Assembly (NCBI GenBank): GCA_049966155.1
Contig: JBMFVE010000001.1
Span: 223,831-287,830, forward strand
Length of the DNA stretch: 64,000 nt
DNA from: Candidatus Kryptoniota bacterium
Lineage (GTDB): Bacteria > Bacteroidota > Ignavibacteria > Kryptoniales > JAKASW01
Direction: 5' to 3'
The translations under genes were made by a program, and so were the position numbers. Position 1 is the first letter of the stretch. Each line of letters starts with the position of its first letter. The notes under the pieces are model-generated. The model had not been told where the DNA came from, did no database searches, and saw nothing but the letters and a program-made list of their open reading frames with translations. Below, piece by piece: positions 11,089 through 21,682 of the stretch.

Positions 11089-12543
11089 TTAGTTGACGAC
11101 AAATTTTAAATGCCTTAAGTCCTTTATCTGTACCAGTTTTGTCTGGCGTGAAATCACTACAAAAAGACTTACAAATATGACCCCGGTTAGCGGAAACCGA
11201 AAGTATACGTTTTGAATTGCATAGTTTACCACATAAGCTGGAATGAGGCAAGCTACTGAGATTACTGAAACACGTAACAGTGTGTTCCATGGAAAAAAAT
11301 CTCGCACTGTTGTTCCCAGTGAAGAAATCAAAATCCATGCAAGAAATAAAATCTCAATATATGTAACGACAACTTTCCCAAGTGCGGCACCTTCAATTCC
11401 AATTAACCTCATTAATATGTATGAAGCTAATCCACTTAAAAACATGTCGGCAATTGAAGTATACATGTATAATTTTTGCTTCCCAAGGGAAAAGAGCGCC
11501 TGACTATAAAAAGCAAGTCTTACCGGCATCATTAATAAGAATATCCTGAAGACTCCGGCACTTGAAAGATATTTTTGTCCAAAGAAGAAGCCCATGAAAT
11601 CTGAGGCAAAAGCGAAAAGAAAAAACGAAATTGGAAGCAAGAATAATCCGGTTTTGGAAATTGAATTTTTCCAAAACCCGACGAAATTATCTTTTTGATT
11701 TTTTAAACTTAACTCACTCAATTTAGGAAACAATACGGTCGAAGCTGATCCGGTGACAATCGCTATCAGTGGAATTTCCTTTGCACCAATGGCATAAACT
11801 GCATAAATACTGGAAGAAAAACTCGCTGTTACAAGATATTTGTCCACCTGTCTCGATATCATTCCCACAATACTGCTTATGACAACTGGTAAAGCATACA
11901 CAGCCTGACTCTTTAAATTTGTGCCTATGCCGGATAAAATCAGCATTTGACGGTTACCAAGAAAGAATATCAAAAATAGAGATTTTATAAAACCAACAAT
12001 TGTGATAAAAACAAAAATAGAATTCATACTCTTAACTACAACAGCACCCACAGTTACTGCAGTAACTATAGCAATTGCGATAACCCCATTTATAAAAAGC
12101 AGCAATCTCACTTTCTTTTCGGTGATGAGGACAGATTCTAACAATAATGAAGGACTGGAGAGAAGAGCATAAAACGAAAACACTCGCAAATAAATCGCAA
12201 TTTGTGGAGCATTGAAAAAAAAAGCTATTGGCAGCGCGAAGACCAACATTACTGCACCTGTGACAAATCCAATTAAACAGCTCAAGACAATCGACGCTGA
12301 AATAACTATCTTTAAATCCACCCTGGAAGAATAATAGTATAATGCGCTTCCTAAACCGTATACAAACAACGGAACCAGTGAATTGTAAACCAGCCATACC
12401 TGCTCGTAATTGCCATACTCGCTTTGTGACAGTGCTCTTGTTAAAACAATAGATGTCAACGCCATCCCAAAAACAGAAACCAGCTTAGCAATGCTGACCA
12501 AACCTGCTTGTTCCGTCAATGACGTAACGCTAGCTTTTTCCAT
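11089..12543 (-). CDS. Polysaccharide biosynthesis protein / Wzx-type flippase (MOP superfamily)
   Basis: 484 aa and hydrophobic throughout (about 12-14 TM helices), with the layout of oligosaccharide flippases. This is a family-level call only. Confidence 0.65.
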   Translation of the reverse strand: MEKASVTSLTEQAGLVSIAKLVSVFGMALTSIVLTRALSQSEYGNYEQVWLVYNSLVPLFVYGLGSALYYYSSRVDLKIVISASIVLSCLIGFVTGAVMLVFALPIAFFFNAPQIAIYLRVFSFYALLSSPSLLLESVLITEKKVRLLLFINGVIAIAIVTAVTVGAVVVKSMNSIFVFITIVGFIKSLFLIFFLGNRQMLILSGIGTNLKSQAVYALPVVISSIVGMISRQVDKYLVTASFSSSIYAVYAIGAKEIPLIAIVTGSASTVLFPKLSELSLKNQKDNFVGFWKNSISKTGLFLLPISFFLFAFASDFMGFFFGQKYLSSAGVFRIFLLMMPVRLAFYSQALFSLGKQKLYMYTSIADMFLSGLASYILMRLIGIEGAALGKVVVTYIEILFLAWILISSLGTTVRDFFPWNTLLRVSVISVACLIPAYVVNYAIQNVYFRFPLTGVIFVSLFVVISRQTKLVQIKDLRHLKFVVN

Positions 12544-13512
12544 TTAAACCCTTATAATAAAAGAGCCTATTTTAGCCAGCCAGCTGTTTGCACGCTGTAT
12601 GCGAAAGAAAACTTTGAGAGACGGGCCAAAAGAAGATTTAAAAATGTTTATTGATGGAGTGTTTGCACCACATAAATCTACGTAATTCTTCCCTTCAATA
12701 GCTGCAGTCTTAAATACATGGTGATACAGCAGATGCGATGAGCCCCTGTCATTTTCAACTTCAGTTCCGCTGACGAAAAAGTAACTCGCATCTTTCAACT
12801 CCAGTGTTGCCAAAGCTGCCAGCAAATCGCCACTGGAATTCCTGACGGAATAAATCTTCAAAAGTGAATCATTATGTAAAAGATTCAACAGCGATGTCAT
12901 AATTGACGAATCGACCGGAGGCCTTCTATTGTGCCGCTTGTAACTTTTTATCTGCAAACTTATTAGTTCATCGATTTCACATGTTGAGGGTTGCAAGTTT
13001 GCTTTTATGGCGTAGTGCAGCACCTCCAGAAGGGATTTCGTATATTTCTTTTCAGAAAATTCCGGGAGTTCCATCACATAAGTGTACTGAGGCAAGACTT
13101 TCGCACCTGACCACTGAAATGGCCTTATGTCTAAATCAGAGGGTGGAAGATTCACCTGATAAAACCCGTACTGTTTTGTCAGATAATTTGAAAGTAATTG
13201 GTAGGATTGAAGCCTTTCATACTCCCGCTTCTGGCTCTTTGAATTATCAAGTTTTCTAAAACTCAATCCATCATATAACCTCATAGGCATGAGTTTTATA
13301 TAACGACTCGAAAACTTTCTACCAACAAAAAAGGAGCCCACAGCAATAAGTGTCTCTCCGCGAGCTATTCCAAGTAATTCATACGCAGAGTCAAAGGCTT
13401 TTGAATATGCCTCCAATACCTGTGGCAACAAATACGGGATATGCGGTGGATTGGCTCTCAAGAAGTTTGAATAAGTATCGATCCCGATCCGGTATACAGA
13501 CAAGTCAGACAT
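12544..13512 (-). CDS. FemAB-like / GNAT (Acetyltransf_6-like) family protein, function uncertain
   Basis: 322 aa and abuts the flippase gene with a 0-nt gap. Patterns such as DIRPFQWSG...YTY and YVDLCGAN...FKSSFG resemble FemAB/CelD-type acyl or aminoacyl transferases. This call rests on recollection. Confidence 0.45.
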   Translation of the reverse strand: MSDLSVYRIGIDTYSNFLRANPPHIPYLLPQVLEAYSKAFDSAYELLGIARGETLIAVGSFFVGRKFSSRYIKLMPMRLYDGLSFRKLDNSKSQKREYERLQSYQLLSNYLTKQYGFYQVNLPPSDLDIRPFQWSGAKVLPQYTYVMELPEFSEKKYTKSLLEVLHYAIKANLQPSTCEIDELISLQIKSYKRHNRRPPVDSSIMTSLLNLLHNDSLLKIYSVRNSSGDLLAALATLELKDASYFFVSGTEVENDRGSSHLLYHHVFKTAAIEGKNYVDLCGANTPSINIFKSSFGPSLKVFFRIQRANSWLAKIGSFIIRV

Positions 13513-13541
13513 CCGCTAATTAAATTAGTTGAAAGCAGAGA

Positions 13542-14984
13542 TTACAGTATATATTTACTGAGGTCACGGTCCTTTACAATTTTGCCCAGCTTATCACGAA
13601 CCATTTCCTGTGTAATCTCTATTTTTTTCTCTTTAATTCTGTCGGGTACATCAAAAAGGATATCTTCCAGAAGTGTGGTCATAATTGTATGAAGGCGCCG
13701 TGCACCTATATTCTCAACTTGATCGTTGACTTCTGTTGCGACCCTCGCGATTTCCCTTATTGCTCCATCAGTAAACTTGATTTCCACTCCTTCTGTTGCT
13801 AATAGTGCAGTATACTGTTTGACAAGCGCGTTTTCCGGAAGGGTAAGGATTTTGTAAAAATCATCTTCATTCAAACTACTCAGTTCCACTCTGATGGGAA
13901 ATCGGCCTTGCAACTCTGGAATGAGATCTGACGGTTTGGCAGTGTGAAAGGCACCACTGGCAATAAAAAGGATGTGATCTGTCTTCACCATACCATATTT
14001 TGTCATAACCGTCGAGCCCTCAACTATTGGAAGAAGATCCTTTTGTACACCTTCTCTCGACACGTCCGGGCCATGCGTTTCCCCTTTGCTGGCAATTTTA
14101 TCAATCTCATCAATGAAAACTATGCCGCTGTTTTCTACTCGACGAAGCGCTTCTTTAATTACCCCATCCATGTCTATCAATTTTTGTGCTTCCTGCTGTG
14201 TAAATATATTGAAAGCCTCAGGAACAGTAACCCTCCTCGATTTAGTTTTTCTTGGCATGATATTGTTCAAAAGGTCTTGAAAGTTTGGGCCCAGGTCATC
14301 AATTCCAAAAGGGCCAAATACCTGCATCATCGACGCAGGCTCTTCAGCCGCTTTAACTTCTATTGTCTTGTGGTCAAACTCTCCTGCCCTTAATTTCTCA
14401 CGAATTTTTTCCCTCGTTTGCGAATAACTCTCATCTTCGCTCCTCAGTCCCTCCCTGAATCGCTCCGCACCTTCGCTTTCTACACCTGCTGAGTCTTCTT
14501 TCCCTGAAACCTTTACTTTTCTTGAGGACTTTATCGGCAGGAGTTCATCCAGCAATCTTTCTTCTGCGAGAACTCTCGCCTTATCCATAACCTCTTCAGT
14601 ACGTTCTGCTTTTACGGCAGCAACAGCAATTTCTACAAGGTCTCGTATCATCGACTCAACATCCCGGCCAACATAACCCACCTCGGTGAATTTTGATGCT
14701 TCCACTTTCACAAATGGAGCATTTGCTAACTTTGCAAGACGGCGTGCAATCTCTGTTTTTCCTACACCGGTCGGGCCAATTAAGATTATGTTGTTAGGCA
14801 TTATTTCATCACGCAAATTATCGGGCACTTGCAGGCGCCGCCATCTGTTTCTCAAAGCAATAGCTACAGATTTCTTGGCAGCGTCCTGACCTATGATATA
14901 TTTATCAAGTTCATGAACCACTTCTCGTGGGGTGAACTCTCTGTGAGAAATTTCGTTTGATTGCTTATGTGCTTGTTTGGACAT
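13542..14984 (-). CDS. hslU: ATP-dependent protease ATPase subunit HslU
   Basis: Motifs are [19 protein letters not shown], Walker [16 protein letters not shown] and Walker B VFIDEIDK. The first 53 codons of track ORF 13542-15143 overlap hslV and are rejected. The ATG at 14984 lies 1 nt after the hslV stop. Confidence 0.9.
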   Translation of the reverse strand: MSKQAHKQSNEISHREFTPREVVHELDKYIIGQDAAKKSVAIALRNRWRRLQVPDNLRDEIMPNNIILIGPTGVGKTEIARRLAKLANAPFVKVEASKFTEVGYVGRDVESMIRDLVEIAVAAVKAERTEEVMDKARVLAEERLLDELLPIKSSRKVKVSGKEDSAGVESEGAERFREGLRSEDESYSQTREKIREKLRAGEFDHKTIEVKAAEEPASMMQVFGPFGIDDLGPNFQDLLNNIMPRKTKSRRVTVPEAFNIFTQQEAQKLIDMDGVIKEALRRVENSGIVFIDEIDKIASKGETHGPDVSREGVQKDLLPIVEGSTVMTKYGMVKTDHILFIASGAFHTAKPSDLIPELQGRFPIRVELSSLNEDDFYKILTLPENALVKQYTALLATEGVEIKFTDGAIREIARVATEVNDQVENIGARRLHTIMTTLLEDILFDVPDRIKEKKIEITQEMVRDKLGKIVKDRDLSKYIL

Positions 14985-14985
14985 A

Positions 14986-15516
14986 TTAAAGTTCTTCAAT
15001 GGTAAAATTTTGATTGGTATAAATACATATCTCAGATGCTGTCTGCAATGAATGTTCGACAATGTCTGCAGCCGAGAAATTGGTAAACTTCGATAAAACC
15101 CGGGCAGCAGCGAGTGCGTAATTCCCTCCTGAGCCAATAGCAACTATCTTATCATCCGGCTCTATAACATCTCCATTTCCAGAAATTATAAGTGCAGTCT
15201 CACGGTTTATTACTGCCAGCAAAGCTTCCAATCGCCTGAGGTACTTGTCCGTTCGCCATTCTTTTGCAAGCTCTACAGCAGCACGACTCAGGTTCCCATG
15301 GTACTGTTGCAGTTTATCTTCAAAGCGCTCAAATAATGTGAATGCATCGGCCGACGCACCCGCAAAACCAGCAAGAACAGAATTATTGTAAATTTTTCTA
15401 ACCTTTTTGGAATGGTGCTTCATCACAGCATCACCGATGGTCACCTGGCCATCCCCCCCAAGTGCACATCTTCCATCCTTAATAATTCCAATGACAGTTG
15501 TCGAATGTACTTTCAT
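14986..15516 (-). CDS. hslV: ATP-dependent protease peptidase subunit HslV
   Basis: N-terminal ...HSTTVIGI (Thr nucleophile region) and [12 protein letters not shown]. The track start at 15522 is TTG; I chose the ATG at 15516. Confidence 0.9.
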   Translation of the reverse strand: MKVHSTTVIGIIKDGRCALGGDGQVTIGDAVMKHHSKKVRKIYNNSVLAGFAGASADAFTLFERFEDKLQQYHGNLSRAAVELAKEWRTDKYLRRLEALLAVINRETALIISGNGDVIEPDDKIVAIGSGGNYALAAARVLSKFTNFSAADIVEHSLQTASEICIYTNQNFTIEEL

Positions 15517-15546
15517 CCTCAATTTTCCCTGTGTGAGTTTGAATTT

Positions 15547-16992
15547 TTATATGCGCCTCATTCTCGCTGGTGGGATCTTTAATTGTTCTCGATACTTTGT
15601 AACAGTGCGCCTGGCAACTTTGTATCCCTGTTGATTCAATAGATTTGTTATCTTTTCGTCATTGAGAGGTTGTGATTTGTCCTCACTTTCAATCAATAAC
15701 TTTATCTTGTTTTTAATTTCCCTTGTAGCAACTTCATCGCCTTCATTAGTCTTAAGTCCTTCGCTGAAAAGGTCGCGCAATTTGAAAACCCCAAAATCAG
15801 TTTGAACGTATTTTGAACTGACAACTCTACTAATTGTAGATATATCAAAACCGGTTCTTTCAGAAATATCTCGATAAATGAGCGGCCTTATGTGGTCTGG
15901 CCCAAGCGTGAAAAAATCCTTTTGAGCTTCAACAATAGCCTGCATAACCTTCATCATCGTATCACGCCGTTGCATCAATGCAGTGACAAACCATTTGGCG
16001 GATTCCAATTTCCGCTTTAAAAACTCTTTTGTTTGTACATCTGTCTTGTGTGTCCTTGAATCCCTCATCATATCCAGGTAGCGCGGACTGATCCTAACGG
16101 ATGGCATGTCGCGTTCATTTAATGTTATTACAAGCTCACCATCATCGTTTTCCGTCACAACGAAATCCGGCACAACAACCGTTGTTTCAAGTGGAAGTAT
16201 AAATCCATCTCCCGGCTTGGGATTTAGCTTTTTTATTATAGAATCCGCCTTTCGAATTTCTTCAAGGCTTACATTTAGCTTTTTTGAGACCTGATCGTAA
16301 CGTCGATTGGAGTAGTCTTCAAATCCCTCTTCAAGTATTTTTAACGCAATACTCCTATCAGATTGAGGAACATCCGTTCGCATCCTCAGCTGAATAAGTA
16401 AGCATTCCCGCAAGTTGCGTGCCCCTATCCCTGGTGGGTCGAGCGTTTGAATTTCTGAGAGAACTCTCTCGGCATCAGTTATCGTAAGATCCAATCCAAA
16501 TGTCAGATTTGTGTCCTCCACAATCTTTGCAAGATCCTCTCGCAGATAGCCATCATCATCTATATTGCCTATAATTTCCTCGCCCAGCCTTTTTTCTTTT
16601 TCGTTTAAATTAAGTAACTGTAACTGTTGCAAAAGATGATCATACATGGTCTCCACCGCCGGTGGAGCAAATTCGTAATCCTCATTTTCAGGATGCGACC
16701 TGTGTCGAACTTCCGTTTCATCATTTCTGAATTCGTCAAGCTCAACATCACTGAACTCGGGATCGTCAATAGGATCTTCAGGCTTTTCATCAACTTCTTT
16801 TAAGTCAAGTTCTGGCTGTTCAACAAGCTCTTCTCCATCCTCAAGTTCAAGCACCGGATTCTCGTCAAGTTCTGTCCGCAGTCTTTGCTGTAAAGCAAAT
16901 ATAGGTTGCTGAAGCAAATCATAGTAAAGTATTTGCTGCGGCTGTAAATGCAACTCCTGACTTAAACGCTGTGTTTGCCCAAACTTAATCAT
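15547..16992 (-). CDS. rpoN: RNA polymerase sigma-54 factor
   Basis: 481 aa with a Gln/Leu-rich region I, an acidic region II and the C-terminal RpoN box ARRTVTKYREQLKIPPA. Confidence 0.9.
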   Translation of the reverse strand: MIKFGQTQRLSQELHLQPQQILYYDLLQQPIFALQQRLRTELDENPVLELEDGEELVEQPELDLKEVDEKPEDPIDDPEFSDVELDEFRNDETEVRHRSHPENEDYEFAPPAVETMYDHLLQQLQLLNLNEKEKRLGEEIIGNIDDDGYLREDLAKIVEDTNLTFGLDLTITDAERVLSEIQTLDPPGIGARNLRECLLIQLRMRTDVPQSDRSIALKILEEGFEDYSNRRYDQVSKKLNVSLEEIRKADSIIKKLNPKPGDGFILPLETTVVVPDFVVTENDDGELVITLNERDMPSVRISPRYLDMMRDSRTHKTDVQTKEFLKRKLESAKWFVTALMQRRDTMMKVMQAIVEAQKDFFTLGPDHIRPLIYRDISERTGFDISTISRVVSSKYVQTDFGVFKLRDLFSEGLKTNEGDEVATREIKNKIKLLIESEDKSQPLNDEKITNLLNQQGYKVARRTVTKYREQLKIPPARMRRI

Positions 16993-17594
16993 ACCCTGGC
17001 AGTTTCTTTAATTTTTGTTTCTTTTCCTTTAACTTTTTTAACTTCTTTTTGAAGTTTCCTGTACCACTCATTTCCAAATGCACGAATGAGGCCATCTTTT
17101 ACAAATTCAGCCACCACAACGTTTTGTTTATTTCCATATTCTCGTGCAGAGGCACACTCAATAATTTCATGATATTTTAAGACCGGACCACCAAAGTTAA
17201 TCACGCGGATGGGGTAAAGATGACAGGAAATGGGTTTGCGAAATCTTGTCTTCCCATCAATGTATGCTTTCTCTATCGCACACTTAGAGATCCCGTTTTC
17301 ATGGTATACGAAAACACAATCTCTTTCATCAATACAAGTTGTTGCAAGGTCGTTCAGCGCCCCTTCGAAGAATCCATTTTCTTTGATCTCGGTCTGGTTC
17401 CTTTTGTCAAGATAAGGTAAAATGAATGGCAAAGCCTCTTTTATTTCATCAATTTCGGAGTTTAACAGAGGCGCACCCCGCCCACCCGGAATACTGCAAC
17501 AGGCACCTTTACAAATGGAAAGCTGGCAGGCAAAGCTCTGCGCAACTACTTTGCCGTCCACCACTATGCCATCTATAACCAAAGGTCCTCTCAT
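16989..17594 (-). CDS. Cys-rich DUF3109-like protein
   Basis: 201 aa with the motif CQLSICKGACCSIPGGRGAPL, which I recall from DUF3109 proteins of Bacteroidetes. ATGA overlap with rpoN. Confidence 0.55.
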   Translation of the reverse strand: MRGPLVIDGIVVDGKVVAQSFACQLSICKGACCSIPGGRGAPLLNSEIDEIKEALPFILPYLDKRNQTEIKENGFFEGALNDLATTCIDERDCVFVYHENGISKCAIEKAYIDGKTRFRKPISCHLYPIRVINFGGPVLKYHEIIECASAREYGNKQNVVVAEFVKDGLIRAFGNEWYRKLQKEVKKVKGKETKIKETARV

Positions 17595-17747
17595 TTCACT
17601 TTAAATTAACAACTTAGCCTTTAACATAAAAGATGGTACAAAAGTTGTTACATGTTTTAAAACACCGGCATAATATCCTCGACCTTTCTTCAGAATCAGC
17701 TGCGGTGGCTATCCTGCTCCATATCTCTTATTTCACATTGGCCTCCT

Positions 17748-18968
17748 TTAACGGTCAATTGCCAGACGGCCTGCCACGCTGTACAAATCCTTGTCGCCTC
17801 TACCAGAAAGATTAATTAATATCTTCCTGCCCCTTCCTTCCAGCTGCGCCAGCTTAATTGCATACGCAATTGCATGTGCAGATTCCAAAGCGGGTATTAT
17901 CCCTTCCAGCCTGGAGAGTTCTACAAACGCAGCAAGCGCCTCCTCATCGGTGACCGACACGTAACTGACCAGTCCTGTTTCTTTTAAATAAGAATGTTCA
18001 GGCCCTACTCCAGGATAGTCCAAACCCGCTGAAATTGAATAAGCATTTAGCACATTTCCATTTTCGTCCTGTAACAAATACTGCATAGAGCCGTGCAACA
18101 CGCCCGGCCTGCCAATTGATAATGAAGCCGCTGTTCTCCCCGAATCAATCCCCTCACCTGCAGCTTCAACTCCAACAATCTTTACTGTGGGAATGTCTTT
18201 AACAAAATTGTAAAAAAGACCTATGGCATTGCTCCCTCCGCCCACGCATGCCACAACGTAATCTGGCAATCCTCCTGTTTGCTGCTGAAATTGATTTTTG
18301 GCCTCAATTCCAATTATTGATTGAAAGTGTCTAACAATTTTCGGATATGGATGCATCCCCACCACTGAACCGATGATGTAAAAAGTATCGCGGACATTTG
18401 TAACCCAGTCACGAATTGCTTCGCTGGTAGCTTCTTTTAAGGTACGAGTACCTGCCATAACAGCTTTTACTTCAGCACCAAGGAGTCTCATCTTGAAGAC
18501 ATTTGGTTCCTGCCGACGCATATCTTCTTCACCCATATAAACCACGCATTGCATTCCCATTAAAGTCGCAACAGTTGCTGTCGCAACACCATGCTGTCCT
18601 GCACCTGTTTCAGCAATAATCCTTTTTTTTCCCAGATACCGGGCCAGAAGCACCTGTCCAATTGTGTTATTTATCTTGTGAGCGCCGGTATGCAGTAAGT
18701 CTTCTCGTTTAAAATAAAAATCAGCACCATATTTCTTACTCATGTTCTTTGCGTAATAGAGCGGGGTCGGCCGCCCGGCGTAATCCCTGAGAATCAATGA
18801 GAGTTCATGAGTAAATTCCGGATCATTTTTCAGTTTCTCAAATGCTTCATTTAATTCATACGCTGCGCTTACAAGTGTCTCTGGTATAAACATGCCACCA
18901 AATTTTCCAAAATGCCCATGCTCGTCTGGCAGGGTATAAAATTTCTCGATTTTTTCTTTTAAATCCAT
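17748..18968 (-). CDS. trpB: Tryptophan synthase beta chain (TrpB1 type)
   Basis: Motifs are [23 protein letters not shown] (PLP lysine) and GGGSNAIG. The 26-codon N-terminal extension in the track overlaps trpF and is rejected. The ATG at 18968 lies 1 nt after the trpF stop. Confidence 0.9.
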   Translation of the reverse strand: MDLKEKIEKFYTLPDEHGHFGKFGGMFIPETLVSAAYELNEAFEKLKNDPEFTHELSLILRDYAGRPTPLYYAKNMSKKYGADFYFKREDLLHTGAHKINNTIGQVLLARYLGKKRIIAETGAGQHGVATATVATLMGMQCVVYMGEEDMRRQEPNVFKMRLLGAEVKAVMAGTRTLKEATSEAIRDWVTNVRDTFYIIGSVVGMHPYPKIVRHFQSIIGIEAKNQFQQQTGGLPDYVVACVGGGSNAIGLFYNFVKDIPTVKIVGVEAAGEGIDSGRTAASLSIGRPGVLHGSMQYLLQDENGNVLNAYSISAGLDYPGVGPEHSYLKETGLVSYVSVTDEEALAAFVELSRLEGIIPALESAHAIAYAIKLAQLEGRGRKILINLSGRGDKDLYSVAGRLAIDR

Positions 18969-18969
18969 C

Positions 18970-19587
18970 TCAAATAATGCCCTTTGCTTTCTCAATAAAC
19001 TTATTAACCTTCTCCTTGTCTTTTTTACCAGGGTAAATCTCAACACCCGAAGCTACATCAACTCCATATGGTTTAAGGATTCTTACAACTTCTGATACAT
19101 TTTCCGGTGTCAACCCCCCAGAAATCACAAACTTAAAAGAAAAATCCATGCCGCTCGAAAGCAGTATTTCATGGTCAATTGCTCTCCCCGTTCCACCATA
19201 TTCTCCCTCTACAAATGTATCAAGGAAAATAAGATCGCCGGGCAACTTAGATGCTGCTACAATGTCATTAGCCGATTTAACTCGTATAGATAAATAAAGC
19301 GGTTTGGAAAGCGAGTAGTCATACAAATTAAACTGTGGTTCATACACCTGAATTCCATCCAGCAATAATTCGTCAGAAATCCTCATAATCTGTTCCAGAT
19401 CCGGTTTCACAAATAATCCGACCACGCGGACAAAAGGCGACACTTCTCTAATAATTAAATCTGCCACTTCCATTGTAACGAATCTCTTGCTTGAAGGATA
19501 GAAATTCAACCCAATTGCGTCAGCACCACTTTCCACACAATAATAGGCATCTTCTATGCTGGTTATACCACAAATTTTCACAAACAT
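18970..19587 (-). CDS. trpF: Phosphoribosylanthranilate isomerase
   Basis: MFVKICGIT... is a typical TrpF N-terminus. The track start at 19635 is TTG; I chose the ATG at 19587. Confidence 0.85.
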   Translation of the reverse strand: MFVKICGITSIEDAYYCVESGADAIGLNFYPSSKRFVTMEVADLIIREVSPFVRVVGLFVKPDLEQIMRISDELLLDGIQVYEPQFNLYDYSLSKPLYLSIRVKSANDIVAASKLPGDLIFLDTFVEGEYGGTGRAIDHEILLSSGMDFSFKFVISGGLTPENVSEVVRILKPYGVDVASGVEIYPGKKDKEKVNKFIEKAKGII

Positions 19588-19631
19588 TATAATAGTATCC
19601 TTCCTTTTAACCCAGCTTATTCCATGTAAGC

Positions 19632-20429
19632 TCAAATGTTACGAGAAACAAACTTCCTCACTTCGGATACCCTATCACGTGCACGCATAAAATGTTCCCC
19701 TATCAGAACAGCATCGTATCCAAGACTCATTATATAGGAGAGCACATGTGGATGATCTATTCCGCTTTCGTAAACCTTGATTACATCCCTCGGAATCATC
19801 CCAACCAATTTTTCTCCCAATTCCCTGGAAACCTTAAACGTCATCAGGTCACGACTATTTACACCAATTATTTCAGCCCCTGCATCAATTGCCCGTGCCA
19901 GTTCTTCTCTTGAGTGGACTTCTACAAGAGCAGGCAATGACTTCGACTTTGCTATTGAAATAAAATTCTCTAAATGAAAGTCAGTAAGAGCAGCCGCAAT
20001 AAGCAAGATAGAATCAGCACCTATGAGTAGTGATTCGTAAATTTGATATTCATCAACAATGAAATCCTTCCTGAGAACAGGTAACTTAACCGCATCTCTG
20101 GCAGACTGGAAATCTTTATAAGAGCCTTTAAAGAAATCAGTCTCGGTCAGTACAGAAATAGCAGCAGCACCCCCTTCTTCATAATCTCTCGCAACAGTCG
20201 CAGGGTCAATGTCACTGACAATCACCCCCTTTGATGGAGAAGCTCGTTTTATTTCAGCAATAACTTTCAACTGCCAGTCGCTACCATCATCTGCAGTAAT
20301 GGCTTTACTAAAATCCCTACGTGGCTGGATATCCTCCACAAGACTTTGGAGCTCTGCTAATGTCAATACTGTTTTTGCTTCTTCTACAACTGATTTCTTT
20401 CGATTAATAATGGTTTCAAGAAAATTCAT
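19632..20429 (-). CDS. trpC: Indole-3-glycerol phosphate synthase
   Basis: 265 aa with EIKRASPSKG and the TIM-barrel IGPS pattern. ATGA overlap with the upstream CBS/CorC gene. Confidence 0.9.
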   Translation of the reverse strand: MNFLETIINRKKSVVEEAKTVLTLAELQSLVEDIQPRRDFSKAITADDGSDWQLKVIAEIKRASPSKGVIVSDIDPATVARDYEEGGAAAISVLTETDFFKGSYKDFQSARDAVKLPVLRKDFIVDEYQIYESLLIGADSILLIAAALTDFHLENFISIAKSKSLPALVEVHSREELARAIDAGAEIIGVNSRDLMTFKVSRELGEKLVGMIPRDVIKVYESGIDHPHVLSYIMSLGYDAVLIGEHFMRARDRVSEVRKFVSRNI

Positions 20430-21682
20430 TTCTTCTTTTTTTTCTTTCGTGCAGTATGACCTTTTCTATTTACTCTAACAGATCGTGCGGATTTTCCCTT
20501 AACGGCTTTAACCTCACTGTCCACATCAATTGTGAAAATCTCTTTTTTAAATTCCATAGACGATGAACGTTCACCGGTATCGTGCATGGTTTGGGATTCA
20601 GCTGGCCTTGCTTCTTCATGGGAAATCCTTAGCCGCTTAATCCTGTGGCGCGCCACATCTTCAACAGTAAAGAATATGTTCTCATGCCTATATGTTTCAC
20701 CTTTTTGTGGAAGTTTGCCAGCGAGCTTTTGAACAAATCCAGCTATAGTATCATAATCCTCAGCATGTGGAACATTTGATTCAAAAAGCTCATTAAACCT
20801 CTCCACAGTCATTGAGCCGGAGACGTATAGCTCCTCATCTTTTCCGTGTATAATCTCTTTGGTAGACTCATCATATTCATCCTGTATCTCACCAACTATT
20901 TCCTCGAGAATATCTTCCAGGGTAACAATGCCTTCTGTCCCTCCAAATTCGTCAACCACGACTGCCAGATGTACTTTGTCCTTTTGCATCTCACGAAGCA
21001 ATTGACTGATTTTTTTTGTTTCAGGCACATAATATGGCGCTCTGAGCAGATCCTGAAGAACCAGAACCGAATCCGAATCAAACATTGTTAACAGGTCTTT
21101 TGCATATATTATACCAATTACATTATCTATTGACCCTCGATAAACAGGAAGTCTGGAATAGCCTTCCTCTATCACCTTCCTTAGAATTTTTTTTGAATCC
21201 TGATCAATGTCAATTGCAACTATATCTGCCCGCGGTACCATTACCTCGCGAACTATTTTGTCACTGAACTTCAGTACGCTTTCTATTAGCTCTCGCTCAA
21301 GGTTGTCAATTTCACCTGATTGGGCCGTTTTATCGAGTATTTCATCAATGATTTCATCCCTGTCCGATTCAGATGGCTTTACACGCAAGAGCTTGTTCAA
21401 CACGTATGTAATTCTGTACTTAGCAAACCAGAATCTAAAAGCACTTCCTGCCAGCAGTGGTCCTAAAGTGACAAGCGAGTAAATGCTGATGGCAACTGCA
21501 GTTAAAGCTTTAATTTGATCGACAAACAACGCAAAACTCAACACGGAAATTGCGACAGCAATAATGCAGAATGTTATTCGATTTAATTTTCCTCTTTCCG
21601 TTTGTTCATCAGATAACCCGATAGCCCATGCTGCAGATGAAAGCAAAAATAAAAAAAACAATCCAATTATATGGCCAATCAT
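20426..21682 (-). CDS. Hemolysin/CorC-family membrane protein (DUF21-like TM region + CBS pair + CorC_HlyC)
   Basis: 418 aa with N-terminal TM helices, a tandem CBS pair, a CorC_HlyC-like region (YDTIAGFVQKLAGKLPQKGE) and a Lys-rich tail ending ARKKKKKK. ATGA overlaps at both ends (trpD upstream, trpC downstream). Confidence 0.8.
   Translation of the reverse strand: MIGHIIGLFFLFLLSSAAWAIGLSDEQTERGKLNRITFCIIAVAISVLSFALFVDQIKALTAVAISIYSLVTLGPLLAGSAFRFWFAKYRITYVLNKLLRVKPSESDRDEIIDEILDKTAQSGEIDNLERELIESVLKFSDKIVREVMVPRADIVAIDIDQDSKKILRKVIEEGYSRLPVYRGSIDNVIGIIYAKDLLTMFDSDSVLVLQDLLRAPYYVPETKKISQLLREMQKDKVHLAVVVDEFGGTEGIVTLEDILEEIVGEIQDEYDESTKEIIHGKDEELYVSGSMTVERFNELFESNVPHAEDYDTIAGFVQKLAGKLPQKGETYRHENIFFTVEDVARHRIKRLRISHEEARPAESQTMHDTGERSSSMEFKKEIFTIDVDSEVKAVKGKSARSVRVNRKGHTARKKKKKK

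Noticed and set aside
14985-15143. A 53-codon N-terminal extension of the hslU ORF.
   Set aside because: It overlaps the hslV coding region in another frame. The conserved HslU N-terminus begins at the ATG at 14984, 1 nt after the hslV stop.
18969-19046. N-terminal extensions of trpB (to 19046), trpF (to 19635, TTG), aroA (to 26791, TTG), rsmG (to 51406), rluB (to 53723) and the gamma-CA-like gene (to 44274).
   Set aside because: The extensions overlap the 3' ends of the upstream genes and precede internal ATGs. Those ATGs give canonical family N-termini and tidy stop/start junctions (ATGA, TAATG or 1-nt gaps).
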